Positions 38,747-49,508 of a stretch of DNA of 64,000 nucleotides are shown here, piece after piece. The notes below the pieces were generated by a model that did no database searches, was not told the origin of the DNA, and worked only from the letters and a program-made list of their open reading frames with translations. This stretch comes from Nitrosopumilaceae archaeon (GTDB lineage Archaea; Thermoproteota; Nitrososphaeria; Nitrososphaerales; Nitrosopumilaceae): positions 640,001-704,000 of the forward strand of contig CBDBCR010000001.1 of the NCBI GenBank assembly GCA_965203465.1. Reading direction: 5' to 3'. The first letter of the stretch is position 1. Each line of letters opens with the position of its first letter. The position numbers and the translations under genes were made by a program.

Positions 38747-41386
38747 TCAGGCATCGCCGGAGGCGATCCTGGCTATGCCGCCGCCGTCCAGGATCCTGAC
38801 GGACAGCCGTATGTCGGAGGTCATCGGTACCGTTCCGGACTCTGCGTCTTGCACGTCCAACCGCATGCGGCCTGCCTCGTTTTCTGCCCCGTACGTGATC
38901 TCGAGGCAGTCTGGATCCAGTATCCACGTATCTTTTGGCATGTTCCACAGCATCTCGGCTATCGGGATTGGCTGGCCGCCTGCGTTTATCGAGTTCGTGG
39001 AGTAGGTTTCCGGCATCTGCTCTCTGTGATGGCTGGGCACTAGCGCGACGCGCGGATTGTGCCCGTCTTTCCGCATTTGTTCGACGCACGCCCTTACCGA
39101 ATCTTCCAGCCTGCCCGGATCCGCCCGTATACGCGCCGTGCCGTCGCCGGCCTTTTCCAGAATCCTCTCAAACTCGGCCTTGGCGACCGCGACACCGATC
39201 TGCCCGTCCAGGGCCGTGTACCCTTTTCTGCACAGCGCCCTGAGGGGCATGTCGTCGCGTGCCGCGACGATGCCACCGCGCAGTCCGGCGTCGTACTTGA
39301 CCCTGCCCATCGTACCAGCTTGGCTGTTTTCAGAATACGCCTCGCGCGCCATGCCTTTCCACTCGCTGATTCTCTGCCCGTCTGCTGGCATCTGGCCCAC
39401 GAGCTCGTCCATCAAGCGCCGGCGGTCGTCTTTGTACCGCCTCAGTTTTTCCCGGACGCTCTGAATTCGCGCCTGCACGTCCTGTCCGGGAAACATCTCG
39501 GCCGGCAGTTTCGATCCGGCAAGGGAACCCAGCGCCTCCAAAAACGGCTCTGCCTGCATTCTGTCCATGTTCTCGTAGTGGTATTCGAGGGCATAATGCT
39601 GGCCGCGGCTTGCCCACTTTGCGGCGTCTTTTTCCTCCGGCACGGTGAATATCCTGCCCTCCCGCAGCATGTGGAGCACCGCGTACTTGTGGTAGTGGGG
39701 CTCGTACGTGCCCGGATCGTCTGCGATCTCGATCTGGGCGAGACCGCCCTGCCCCCACCACACCGCGTACGCAGAGTTCCAGTCCACGTCCTTGGGGCAG
39801 GGCGGCGCGCCCGCGGACATGCTCAGTCGCTCGTCGGGGCCGGCACGGCTCCACAGTTCGCGCAGGTACGCAGCATACTCGTCGCCCTTGCCGATGATGT
39901 GGCATGCTATGCGGAAAAAAGTGCCGCAGAGCAGGCTGTACACGTAGAGCTTATCCATGCCCCGGGCCTTCTTGTCCGAGCCAGTATCCGGATCGGCTTG
40001 GGCCAGCAGATCCCGGATCCTCTTTTTGAGCTCCAGTATGGCGCCAAAGTCCTTTTTCGCGGCGTGCTCGAACTCAAAGAGGATCTCGTCGCGCCGGGCT
40101 GCCAGATCCCTCCCCGAACAGCTGCGGAAAACATAGTCCTTGATCGATTTTTTCATGCCGTCCATGTGGCCGAATGACCCCAAGCTGAACACGTCGATCA
40201 CTTCTTTGAACAGCTCCAAATCGTCCTTGTCTATTATCGCCGTGACGGCTCTGAATACGTGGTACATGACAAACTGCTCCACGTATGGCATGTGCCAGTC
40301 TGCCGTAGCGGCGGCGGAAGGCAGCGCCTCCAAGTGGCGTATGGCGTTGCTCTTGTCGTACCTGCCTCCCGCGCCGGCCAGATGCTCTACCGCCTGCCAG
40401 TTGAGAGATCCTTTGGTGAGATCCTTGTCGTACAGGACGCCGACGGCGATCTCGTTGCCTTTGTAGCGCATGGTCCACGCCGCCATTTCGCCGAGTTTTT
40501 TCAGAATTTCGTTAGTGACTGGGGAGTTTTCCGTTCTTGCAGACTCTCTGAATATCCTTGCGAGCACCCATGCCGCAAAGCACGCCCTCATTTTATCTGC
40601 CAGTTCATCTGGCGCCATTTCGGCGGCGCCTTTGTCGGCGCTACCCGTATCGGACAGGCCCGCTTTGCCCACGTCGCCGAGCGTCTCGACGCACGCAATG
40701 CAGATGTCCCCGTCGTTGGAGGCCAGGGACTTTACGGCCGCGTCGCCCAGCGACCGCGCCAGGCTCTCGAACTGCTCTTTGCTCAGGGGTTGGGCGGGGG
40801 CGCCTTTGGGGCCTTTCATGCCCGCCAGGATCTTCTTCTTTGCGTCCTCGATAAAGCTGTACGGCGATACGACCCTCACCATGCGCGTAAACTCCAGGGC
40901 AAAGAAGCACAGGGCCGTAAAGAAGCCCGCCGCGAGCGCCCAGACAAAGTAGGCGCCGATCCACGCGTGCGGCGAATTGTGGACCAGCAGCAGGGCCGCG
41001 GATCCGGCCACCGTCAGCACGAACGCCGCGAACGAGACGGCCGGCTTTTTCGCGTACGATTCGACCAGCCTGGAACTGTACCTCTGGGACACGCTGGAGA
41101 GCACCACCTGGTTTACGGTAAACGAGATGGCCAAGATGGCAGCCGACGCGGCGAGCGTGCCGGCCAGCAGCGCGGACGCGTCCTGCGCCTCGAAGGATTC
41201 CGAATCGAACGCGGCGGTGTACGCCCGCCCGTCGAAAGGCGACGTTACGCACAGCCCTTCCGCCTCTTGGGCGCCCGGGCAATCTGGGCCCGATTCTACC
41301 TCGACGTAGCCCGACGCCGCGAGCGCTAGCGCCGAGGCCGCGACGAACGCCACGGCCCCGGCCACCACCAAAAGCGTCCTTTCCAC
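38747..41386 (-). CDS. Membrane protein with DUF2254-like TM region and a long soluble helical C-terminus
   Basis: 879-aa ORF with several N-terminal TM helices (ILAISFTVNQVVLSSVSQRYSSRL). Confidence 0.75.
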   Translation of the reverse strand: MERTLLVVAGAVAFVAASALALAASGYVEVESGPDCPGAQEAEGLCVTSPFDGRAYTAAFDSESFEAQDASALLAGTLAASAAILAISFTVNQVVLSSVSQRYSSRLVESYAKKPAVSFAAFVLTVAGSAALLLVHNSPHAWIGAYFVWALAAGFFTALCFFALEFTRMVRVVSPYSFIEDAKKKILAGMKGPKGAPAQPLSKEQFESLARSLGDAAVKSLASNDGDICIACVETLGDVGKAGLSDTGSADKGAAEMAPDELADKMRACFAAWVLARIFRESARTENSPVTNEILKKLGEMAAWTMRYKGNEIAVGVLYDKDLTKGSLNWQAVEHLAGAGGRYDKSNAIRHLEALPSAAATADWHMPYVEQFVMYHVFRAVTAIIDKDDLELFKEVIDVFSLGSFGHMDGMKKSIKDYVFRSCSGRDLAARRDEILFEFEHAAKKDFGAILELKKRIRDLLAQADPDTGSDKKARGMDKLYVYSLLCGTFFRIACHIIGKGDEYAAYLRELWSRAGPDERLSMSAGAPPCPKDVDWNSAYAVWWGQGGLAQIEIADDPGTYEPHYHKYAVLHMLREGRIFTVPEEKDAAKWASRGQHYALEYHYENMDRMQAEPFLEALGSLAGSKLPAEMFPGQDVQARIQSVREKLRRYKDDRRRLMDELVGQMPADGQRISEWKGMAREAYSENSQAGTMGRVKYDAGLRGGIVAARDDMPLRALCRKGYTALDGQIGVAVAKAEFERILEKAGDGTARIRADPGRLEDSVRACVEQMRKDGHNPRVALVPSHHREQMPETYSTNSINAGGQPIPIAEMLWNMPKDTWILDPDCLEITYGAENEAGRMRLDVQDAESGTVPMTSDIRLSVRILDGGGIARIASGDA

Positions 41387-41855
41387 CCCGCAGATCTAGG
41401 ATCGGGGCAAATAGCCGTTGCTGAAGGCGAACGCAAAGGCCGGCAGAGCCGGGCGACATACATGCCTAGGGGAAAGGCGGGCGCAGGGCGCAGTCGCCAA
41501 GGCCGGAGATCTTTGGCCCGGCGGCACTAGATCCGGCCAACAACGCAAATCTGCTGCCGGGCCGGGTTCGGCGTCCTGTTTTGGCATGGGGAAGCGGCCT
41601 TGGCTGGCAAGCCACCGGAAATGCCCGGCGTCCCGCCCCAGAACGGGCGAGTGGTGCCGTCGGCGCCGCGCCACCTGTCGGCCTTAGACTGCCCCCGGGC
41701 CGGCAGGGCCGTCCGGAGATGCATGGCGGGCGCCAGTTTCGGTCTCTATCCTGCCGCATCCCGCGGGGTTGGCACGCATCAAGCGTGGGTGGGGGGGGGG
41801 GGGCAGGCTGGCGCGAAACCGCCGAAACGATCTATCTATATACGGGCTACGATCA

Positions 41856-42860
41856 ATGCTTGGCAGGTTGGCAAGCACGCAGTCTACTTTGTCGGACATA
41901 GCTCCAAAGACAATAGCAAAGAACAGAGATAATCCGAGGCTACTTTTTGACGAAAGCGACTTGGAATACCTCCAACAGTCAATCAAAAAGTCCGGAATTC
42001 TCGTGCCGCTCATAGTTTACGAAAGCGGCAAAAACAAGTACACGTTGCTGGACGGGGAGCGGCGCCTGCGCTGCGCCAAAAACCTAAACATGGAAAAAGT
42101 CCCAGTGAACGTGATAGACAAACCCACCAAACTCCAAAACCTTCTGCTCATGTTCAACATCCACAACGTGCGCGAAGACTGGGAACTTGTCCCCACTGCG
42201 CTGAAATTGCAGACCATACTCAATCTTATCCCAGAATCTCCCACTATGAGCAACAAGGAACTGTCAAATCTCACCGGAATGTCGAACATAAGAATCACCG
42301 AATGCAAGCGAATACTGACCTTCGATCAAAAATACATAAACTTGGCTCTAGAACCGGAACCGAAGCGGCGCATAAGGGGCGACTTTTTCTCCCAACTGCA
42401 ACCGGTGCTGAAAAAACTGGACGACTACCCGTCAATCCTGTCCGAATACCCGAAAGAAAAGATAATCGACACTATGATAAAAAAATACCGCGACGGAACC
42501 ATCGCAAACCACATAAATGATTTCAGGCGGTTGCGCACGGTACTAAGAACCGCAAAAACCGACGCAGACAAGCAGGCAGTGTCGCGCGGGTTCAAAAAAT
42601 TCCTCCAATCAGAGCGACAACAAGACAAGTCGGGGAGACTCGGCGAGGCCATGACAATAGACGAGTTGTTCGAAGCATCCGCCCGCGGAACGTATGAAGA
42701 AAACGCGATACTGAGAAAATCTAGCAACCTGCAAGACGCGCTGTCAAACTTAAACACTGAGAAACTTGTCATGAAGAAAGAAATAGGTGATTCTCTGCGC
42801 GCTCTCCAAACACAGATAAGAGAAACGCTGAAAGGCGTGCAGGGTGGACACGGTGCGTGA
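41856..42860 (+). CDS. ParB/Srx N-terminal (NTPase-fold) domain protein
   Basis: NPRLLFD, LQQSIKKSGILVPLIV, LLDGERRLR. No parA nearby. Start is ATG 41856 or TTG 41868. Confidence 0.88.
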   Translation: MLGRLASTQSTLSDIAPKTIAKNRDNPRLLFDESDLEYLQQSIKKSGILVPLIVYESGKNKYTLLDGERRLRCAKNLNMEKVPVNVIDKPTKLQNLLLMFNIHNVREDWELVPTALKLQTILNLIPESPTMSNKELSNLTGMSNIRITECKRILTFDQKYINLALEPEPKRRIRGDFFSQLQPVLKKLDDYPSILSEYPKEKIIDTMIKKYRDGTIANHINDFRRLRTVLRTAKTDADKQAVSRGFKKFLQSERQQDKSGRLGEAMTIDELFEASARGTYEENAILRKSSNLQDALSNLNTEKLVMKKEIGDSLRALQTQIRETLKGVQGGHGA

Positions 42861-43668
42861 TGCAGATCGGTTTTTCCGAGAGAACAAGCCTCTCATAGCA
42901 AGATTGGCAAAAACGTTTGGCGATTACAGGGAAAAGGTCACCGAACGTCGGCTGAAAGATTACGTGAGCCAGTTTGGCGAGGATGCAGAAACCGGACTCA
43001 AAACACTGTCCTTGGTAGATTACTTTTCACACCAGCGGACCGTCTCCATGGTAAAGATATTGATAAAACAACTCCAAGATCGCTTGGAAATAAAAGACGA
43101 ACACGTTTATTTCAGTACTATGAGCTTGTATCCGGGCAGCAGCACGGATTACATGATCCGGATGTTCCGAAACACGTCAGAAATGGGGAGTAGTGAGTAC
43201 GATGGCAAGTTCCTCTATTTAGCAAATCTCAAAGACTTGGACAAAAAAAGGAGAAAACACATCGTGTTTTTTGACGACTTCGTGGGATCGGGGCGCACGA
43301 TAGAGCGCCTTTGGGACATTTCTGACATATGGTACAACAGTGCGCACAGATACTACCTGGGAATCATAGCCGGATACGCGTCCAAAATAAAACAGATCGA
43401 AGACACCACGCCCATGCGTGTTATCTGTGCGGAATCCATACCGGAAGAAAAGAGGGCTTTCCATCAAAACAACGCCGATTTCAGCTCGCAAGAAAAGAGA
43501 ATACTGAAAAAACACTGTAGGAGGGTGGATCCGAGACCCGACTACGTATACGGATACCGGAACACGCAGTCTCTGGTGGTGTTTTACGACAACGCCCCTA
43601 ACAACGCCATACCCATACTCCACCACACCACAGACGAATGGAAACCCATTTTCCCGCGGAGCGAATAG
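42844..43668 (+). CDS. Phosphoribosyltransferase-like protein (conflict-system type)
   Basis: PRPP-binding loop IVFFDDFVGSGRT and C-terminal YGY...LVVFYDNAPNNAIPIL. Overlaps the ParB-like gene by 17 nt. Confidence 0.82.
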   Translation: MDTVRDADRFFRENKPLIARLAKTFGDYREKVTERRLKDYVSQFGEDAETGLKTLSLVDYFSHQRTVSMVKILIKQLQDRLEIKDEHVYFSTMSLYPGSSTDYMIRMFRNTSEMGSSEYDGKFLYLANLKDLDKKRRKHIVFFDDFVGSGRTIERLWDISDIWYNSAHRYYLGIIAGYASKIKQIEDTTPMRVICAESIPEEKRAFHQNNADFSSQEKRILKKHCRRVDPRPDYVYGYRNTQSLVVFYDNAPNNAIPILHHTTDEWKPIFPRSE

Positions 43669-43890
43669 GCCCGAACTGAGGCAAACCGCGCAGTCGCCGC
43701 CCGCGGAGGTCGTTCACGTCTGCCCGCTTTGAGCCTCGACCGGAGGGCCTGGCACGGAGTCAGGCCCGTCTGCGCCGGCCGGCACGCGCTAGTCTGCCCC
43801 CGCGAATCCGGCTTTGCCGGGCGCGGGTTCGCGCGCGTACGCTGGTCGAGCGACTACACTCATATTTACGCCGCCCGCATCAAAGATGCG

Positions 43891-45579
43891 ATGGAGGCAG
43901 GATCGAGCGGGCGGGCGGATCGAATAGTGGGCGCGTTTGAAAAAAGCAGCGTCATATTGTTCAGGCTTCCCCCTGTACGCAAAAACGCGCTCAACCCGTC
44001 GCGCACCAACTCCGCATCCGGACAACTGCGCAGGTTCTCCAAGTTGGCCGAGTTTGTCGGAAACATCGGATCGCCCAAAAAAATACTGGCGTTCCTGGGA
44101 TCAATGCACGCGCTTCCCTACGTGTACAATTCCATCGGCGGCTACGAATTCCTCTCGCTGGTGTCTTTGGACACCAAGAAGCGCGGTTCGTCGGGGCTCT
44201 TTTCCGAACACGAAGGCTTGCTACTTTTGTCCTCTGGACGGGGACTGCTGGATGTAAAACAGCCGTATTCCTACTGCAAGGCGTGCGGAGACACGGTAAA
44301 AGACTACGGGGGGAAGAGGTACCTGATGAGCAGGGAGGGGACGCGCATGTCGGACGTATGGAAGGACTCGGTGGCGACTCCGTCCGGCGGATTGTGGAAA
44401 CTGCTGGACAGGCTGGCACTCATTACGGGCACGCGCCGCAGCGACATTTCCTTCCTGGATGTCGCAAACGACGGCCTGTGCCGCCGGTTGGACGCGTCCG
44501 GCGAGCTGAAGCCCGGCCGGGCCGCCTCCGCGGCCAGGCCGGTCAGGCGCAGAAAGCCCACCAACCGCATATTCTGCGGCGACGTGCTCGGCGAATTCGG
44601 CAAGATTCCCGACGGCTGCGTCGATCTGGTGCTGGTCGATCCGCCGTACAACCTCAACGTTCGATACGGACGCGTTAGGGACGATATGGAGGAGGAGAAA
44701 TACGTAGAATGGAGCAAGCTGTGGATTGACCAGGCGTGCAGGACGCTGAGGCCCGGCGGGACGCTGGCCATGGTCAACCTCCCAACGTGGTCCATGCGGC
44801 TCTTTCCGTACCTTGCGCGAATCATGCGGTTTCAGTGCTGGATCGTGTGGGACGCCTGGTCGGTGCCAAGGAAACACCTCATCTCGGCGCACTATCCCAT
44901 CCTCGTGTTCTCCAAGACCGGCGCGGCGCCTACCCGGAACGCAGTCAAAAGCCCGCGCGGGCTGGACGCGGAGACGACAGATCTGATGTTTCCGCTGGCG
45001 GAAGGCTACTGCATACGCGGAAAATGTAAAAGCCGGCGCCCGGCCAGGATGTTGCGCGATCGGGTGCCCTTGGGGCACGTGTGGTCCGACGCACACCGCA
45101 TCCGGCACAATTCGCTGCGCTACAACCACCCCACGCTGATGCCGCAAAAGCTGGCCCTGAGGGCGATATCGCTGTTTTCGAACCCCGGAGACACCGTGCT
45201 GGACTGCTTCAACGGAGTGGGGACGACCACCCTGACCGCCCAGATGGCCGGAAGGTCGTTCATAGGGATAGAAAAGAACAGATCGTACCACAGAACGTCC
45301 CTAGACAGGCACTCCGCGCTCTCGAGAAATCTAGATCCGTTCGCGCGCGGGAACGGAAGATCCACGAGCGCCGCAAAGGGGTACCGCCCCCCCAAGCCGC
45401 AGACGCACGTGCCAAAGAAGAACCTGCAGCTGGAAGTGAAGAGAGTCTGCCGAATGCTCGGGCGGTGCCCGTCCGATTCCGAGTTGGAATTGCACGGGGC
45501 GTACCCCCTGTCGTACTATTACGACAATTTCAGGGACAGGGCCGAAATCACCGTGGCCGCCCGAAGAACGGGCATATGA
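43891..45579 (+). CDS. DNA amino-methyltransferase (N4/N6, beta-class) with N-terminal degenerate MTase-like region and C-terminal HTH-like domain
   Basis: LVDPPYN precedes HPTLMP...VLDCFNGVGTT...FIGIE. N-terminal CKAC...KDYGG...SDVW. Confidence 0.9.
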   Translation: MEAGSSGRADRIVGAFEKSSVILFRLPPVRKNALNPSRTNSASGQLRRFSKLAEFVGNIGSPKKILAFLGSMHALPYVYNSIGGYEFLSLVSLDTKKRGSSGLFSEHEGLLLLSSGRGLLDVKQPYSYCKACGDTVKDYGGKRYLMSREGTRMSDVWKDSVATPSGGLWKLLDRLALITGTRRSDISFLDVANDGLCRRLDASGELKPGRAASAARPVRRRKPTNRIFCGDVLGEFGKIPDGCVDLVLVDPPYNLNVRYGRVRDDMEEEKYVEWSKLWIDQACRTLRPGGTLAMVNLPTWSMRLFPYLARIMRFQCWIVWDAWSVPRKHLISAHYPILVFSKTGAAPTRNAVKSPRGLDAETTDLMFPLAEGYCIRGKCKSRRPARMLRDRVPLGHVWSDAHRIRHNSLRYNHPTLMPQKLALRAISLFSNPGDTVLDCFNGVGTTTLTAQMAGRSFIGIEKNRSYHRTSLDRHSALSRNLDPFARGNGRSTSAAKGYRPPKPQTHVPKKNLQLEVKRVCRMLGRCPSDSELELHGAYPLSYYYDNFRDRAEITVAARRTGI

Positions 45580-46727
45580 CGGCTTGGGAGTGCCCGAAAG
45601 CCCCGCCGGCGGCCAGTTCCCGATCGCCACGCGGCCAGACCGGGCAGAGCGGCATTATCCGACAGGCGCGCCCGCTCCGCGCAGCCGAGCACGCAGGCGC
45701 CCGAACCGTGGCTGCGGGGCAAGCGGCAGGGCCTGCGCAGCTTCCGAGCGTCCACTCGGTTCGAGGCCGCAGTATGGACGGCAGAGCCAGCTAACGCGGC
45801 GGATTGCAGGCTCTAGGCCCCGCGCGGAACTGGCGTGTTCTAGACTTGGATGTAGAGGCCGCGCTATCACGTCTCGAGGCCCAGATCTCCGGGCTTTACA
45901 AAGCCCGCTGTGTCGATCAAGGCACGCTCTATCTTCTCGAGGTCCGTGGCGCGCCCGCCCGCGAACCCTACGCAGAGATCGAACAAAAGATGCGCGGGCA
46001 CGATGCAGAATTTCCGAGCTTGTGCAAACTCCATCTGATCGGGTTCCAGACGGCTGCGTTCGTCTTTCGAGGTGCGGATGTCGGACAGCCGATGCATGTT
46101 TGCGACCAAAATTCCCTTTGACTTGATGCCTTTGGACCATCCGCCGTCGACCCATTCTGCAAGCTGCCTCAGGTCGTCCCGTTTGATCTTGTTCTCGACG
46201 CCCTTGACTTCTACATAGCAGGTGCAGCGCGCGTCGACGGACGGCGTTAGCACGAGGTCTTCCCTGCCGGGCTCTCCAGGCTTTGCGTCCAGGCTGAGCG
46301 TCTTGAAGGCCGCCAAGACCGCGCCTTCCAGCTCGCCGCCGGTCGCGTACAAAAGCTTGGCCAAAGATCGCCTGTCCGCAAAATCTTCTTCCAAGGCCCG
46401 GATCTGTTCTTTCTTTTCCGCGACCTGCTTTTTTAGCAAGCCTATCTTTCGCGCGATGGCGCGGGTCTCGGGAATGTCGACGAGCTTGGACCACTCGGGT
46501 TCTGGAGTGGAGTAGTCCAAGCCCAAAACCTCCAGAACCTTGCCGACGGATTCTTCGGGTGTACGCAGCGGCGGGAGCATGACCCTTAACGCGCTTGAAG
46601 AATGCAGGCGGTACATGCACGCGACCAGATCCCCGCTTTTGGTTTCTGCAACGTGCGCTCCTCTGTGAATGCGCATGGACATGCCGACGTTGCAGGACTT
46701 TAATTCTTTAAAGTATTTTTCAAACTT

Positions 46728-48053
46728 GGCTTTGTTCGGTAATTCCGCGCCTCCGCTGATACGGGTCGGCCGAGTCCCTCGTTTTCCGCTCCCGCCCTAG
46801 CCGTACCCCTCCCCGGCCCGCTCCCCGGACCCCGCCGGCGCCGTCCCGTGCAGGTAACCCCGCGCCTGCGCCATGTCGATCATCGTGTTGTAGATTGCGG
46901 CCTTTGTCATGACCTCGTTGACCACGTTCTGCCAGTTTCTGGACATGACAGACTCTCCGAATATCCTCTTGAACGTGGAAAACGACCCCTCTACGGACTG
47001 GCGCTGGTTGTAGCCGCTCTCCTGCATCCACACTCCCTGGTTGGCCGTCTTTTGCTCGTCTGTCATTTTGGCGAACTTTTGCTGCGCGTCGCGGTCGATC
47101 TTGTCGAACCCGCCCAGCTGCCGGAACCCGGCCTCCTTGCGGGCCGTGGATCCGTTGGCGTTGCCCGCAAAGTTGCGCCGCACGGGAACCAGCCCCTCGA
47201 CGCCGTGCTCGTCGAACAGCCGGTACGACTCTTTGGAATCGTAGGCCGCGTCAAGGCCGACCTTTACTTTGGGTTCGGCCGGCTTGTCCGCGGAAGGCGC
47301 GGCCGACTTTGCGTTGGACAGGGCCTGGCGGAGCAGTTCCTTGAGGTTGGGCATGTCGCCCTCCTTGTCCGTGGTTATCTTTATGGCGTAGATCCTCTTG
47401 GTTTTCGCGTCCACGATGACGTGCAGTTTGACGAAGCCCTTCCTGCCGCCCCATTTCTGATCCATCCAGTTGCCGCGGTTGGTCGATTTGAGGCCGGTCG
47501 AATCGCCCGCGAAAAACTCCACGCGGATCTTGTCGCCGTTGCCCAGGTACAGCGTGCCGCCCTCGCCGTCCTTTTCCGCTATGGCGTTTATCCGCTCGAA
47601 GATGACGGAGTGCGACGGGACGCCCCTGCCCACGAGCGCCTCGAATACGCCCTTGAGCTGCCTGTACGGCACGCGCGCCACGGCCCTGAAGATCTTGGCC
47701 GCCACGAACGCCTCGTCGGAGTACTTGAACGGGCGCCCCACCTTGCCATCGTTGATCTCCTTCACGTCGTACAGCATGTCCTCGTCGATGTCCAGCACGT
47801 AGAACTTGCCGCGCTCGATGTACTTGCGGTCGTCGTACTTGCGCGCCGCCTTCTTGTCACCGCCCCCGGCCGCCTTGCCGCGCCCCTTATAGCCCGGCTT
47901 GGCGATTGTCAGCTGGCGGTTCGATCCGTCGCCTTTCATCTACTCGGCGACGGATCGCCGTCTGACTATTTAACACCGGCAGATCTCCGGGCTGCTCCAT
48001 CATGTGGCGCCCCCCGGCGCAGGCACGGATCCGGGGAATTACCGAACAGAGCC
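46728..48053 (-). mobile_element. IS5-family insertion sequence (1326 bp, ISH1/IS903-like)
   Basis: 19-bp terminal inverted repeats ggctttgttcggtaattcc / ggaattaccgaacagagcc (18/19 match). 8-bp target duplication TCAAACTT at 46720-46727 and 48054-48061. Confidence 0.95.
46797..47939 (-). CDS. IS5-family DDE transposase
   Basis: GRPFKYSD, PYRQL, DSTGLK, FVKLHVIVD, LDAAYD, YNQRQSVEGSFSTFKR. Confidence 0.95.
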   Translation of the reverse strand: MKGDGSNRQLTIAKPGYKGRGKAAGGGDKKAARKYDDRKYIERGKFYVLDIDEDMLYDVKEINDGKVGRPFKYSDEAFVAAKIFRAVARVPYRQLKGVFEALVGRGVPSHSVIFERINAIAEKDGEGGTLYLGNGDKIRVEFFAGDSTGLKSTNRGNWMDQKWGGRKGFVKLHVIVDAKTKRIYAIKITTDKEGDMPNLKELLRQALSNAKSAAPSADKPAEPKVKVGLDAAYDSKESYRLFDEHGVEGLVPVRRNFAGNANGSTARKEAGFRQLGGFDKIDRDAQQKFAKMTDEQKTANQGVWMQESGYNQRQSVEGSFSTFKRIFGESVMSRNWQNVVNEVMTKAAIYNTMIDMAQARGYLHGTAPAGSGERAGEGYG

Positions 48054-48949
48054 TCAAACTTGGCAAGTTCGGTGGACTTCCAGCCGGCGTCCAGCCGCGT
48101 GGCACCGGGTTCGATCCTGTGCGTAGATATGTTGTCAGAATCCGGGTGCCAGAAATACTCGGAAACGTAAACCGGGGGCAGATTGCCGCGCCCACCCGTG
48201 CCGGGACCGTCCCCCTGATCAGGATTGTCTGATGCAAGAAACCGCTTATCGGAAACGACGCAGACGAGCATAAAGTCGCTCCTGCCGGATCTTTTGTCGA
48301 TCTCGTGCACGAGTGCCCTCATCTCGTCAGAGTTCGTAAAGAGTGGATCTTGCCGTAACAAAGAGCGCGCGTCGACTATGAGAACGTCGCAGTCTGCAAA
48401 GCTGACGCCTCTTTCCCACGGGACGTGCCTGCAGCCGTCAACCAGCGTCCCGAGGCACCAGACTCTGTCACGGGCCCAAGTCACGCCGGCGATCTCGGTT
48501 TGTCGGTCGGGCAATCTATCCTCCCTTTCCCGGAACTGGCCTACAGCGCGAAGCGCTCCGCCCGGGCGCGTTTCCCGCCTTGCAGGAATCCGGCCCCCCT
48601 CCGGATCCAAAAGCGTGCGTGCTGCGTGCCGGGCACGGAAGCGAACCGGGCCGGGCGCTTATAGAGTTGGCGGCAGGGCGGGTGCCCGTAGTTTGCGCCT
48701 GCGTAGAATCTCTTCATGGCACGAGGGCCGTAACCTGCCAGCGGAAACCGCCCCGCGCCGGGCTACACGCCATCGAGGGATCTGACCCCCCGCAGGCGCC
48801 ATCGCTTGCCGCCTAATCCGGAGCGCGCTTTCCGCCCGGAAATCGGGCACGGGGAATGTAAGGTGGCGTGCGATAACCCGTGCCGCGGGGAGGGTTAGGG
48901 CAACCCACTACGTTATGTTTAAATCACTCAAAATCGGCACGGGGCAGGA

Positions 48950-49192
48950 ATGAGTGTGTTTGACGTTGCGCAAATTTGCGTAAAAGGCCACGTTGTGAAC
49001 ATGGCGTCGAAAAAGAGCCCAGAGCGCAACAGCAAGTTTTGCCCAAAATGCGGAGCGGAAACGATAACGAGTTGTACGAAATGCGGCGAAGAAATTCGGG
49101 GGTTCGACCATGTAGAAATCGAAGCTATTTACAACTACGAACGCCCAGATTATTGTAGGGGATGCAGAGAGCCGTATCCTTGGACAAAATAA
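48950..49192 (+). CDS. DUF2321-like Zn-ribbon protein (short form)
   Basis: DVAQICVKGH, CPKCG, CTKCG, YCRGCREPYPWT. TTTAAAT box about 27 nt upstream. Confidence 0.8.
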   Translation: MSVFDVAQICVKGHVVNMASKKSPERNSKFCPKCGAETITSCTKCGEEIRGFDHVEIEAIYNYERPDYCRGCREPYPWTK

Positions 49193-49508
49193 CCTTGCCG
49201 GCCAAGTAGCCGTGTTTAATCCCCTGTCGGATTCTGCCGGGATCCGTCTGCGCGGCATGTTCTGCGCTGTGCGGTACGGCACGGGGGGCAGGATGGGTTC
49301 GCCAGACACGGCCTGTATCGCGGATGCGAGGGCGCGACATAGCGGTGCTGGGCGCGCGCCGCGGCTGTAGGAGCCCGACCGCGGGTTCCCCTACCCCCGC
49401 AGTGCGTCAGACTGGGGCGTTTCGTGCCTACTGGCCGGGGGGGGGGGGGTGAGTGCATACCAAACTGGCCCGTCATACACTCTTATGTGCAAATAGGTCG
49501 ATCCGGGT

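Larger units (their letters stand above)
45867..48484 (-). pseudogene. PD-(D/E)xK restriction-endonuclease-like gene split by an IS5-family insertion
   Basis: Removing 46728-48053 and one TSD joins ...STELAKFE to KYFKELKSCNVGMSMRI... in frame. C-terminal EDLVL...YVEVKG...LRQL follows a coiled coil. Confidence 0.8.

Noticed and set aside
41856-42860. Chromosomal ParAB partition locus
   Set aside because: No parA or parS seen. The gene is coupled to a PRTase inside a defence island.
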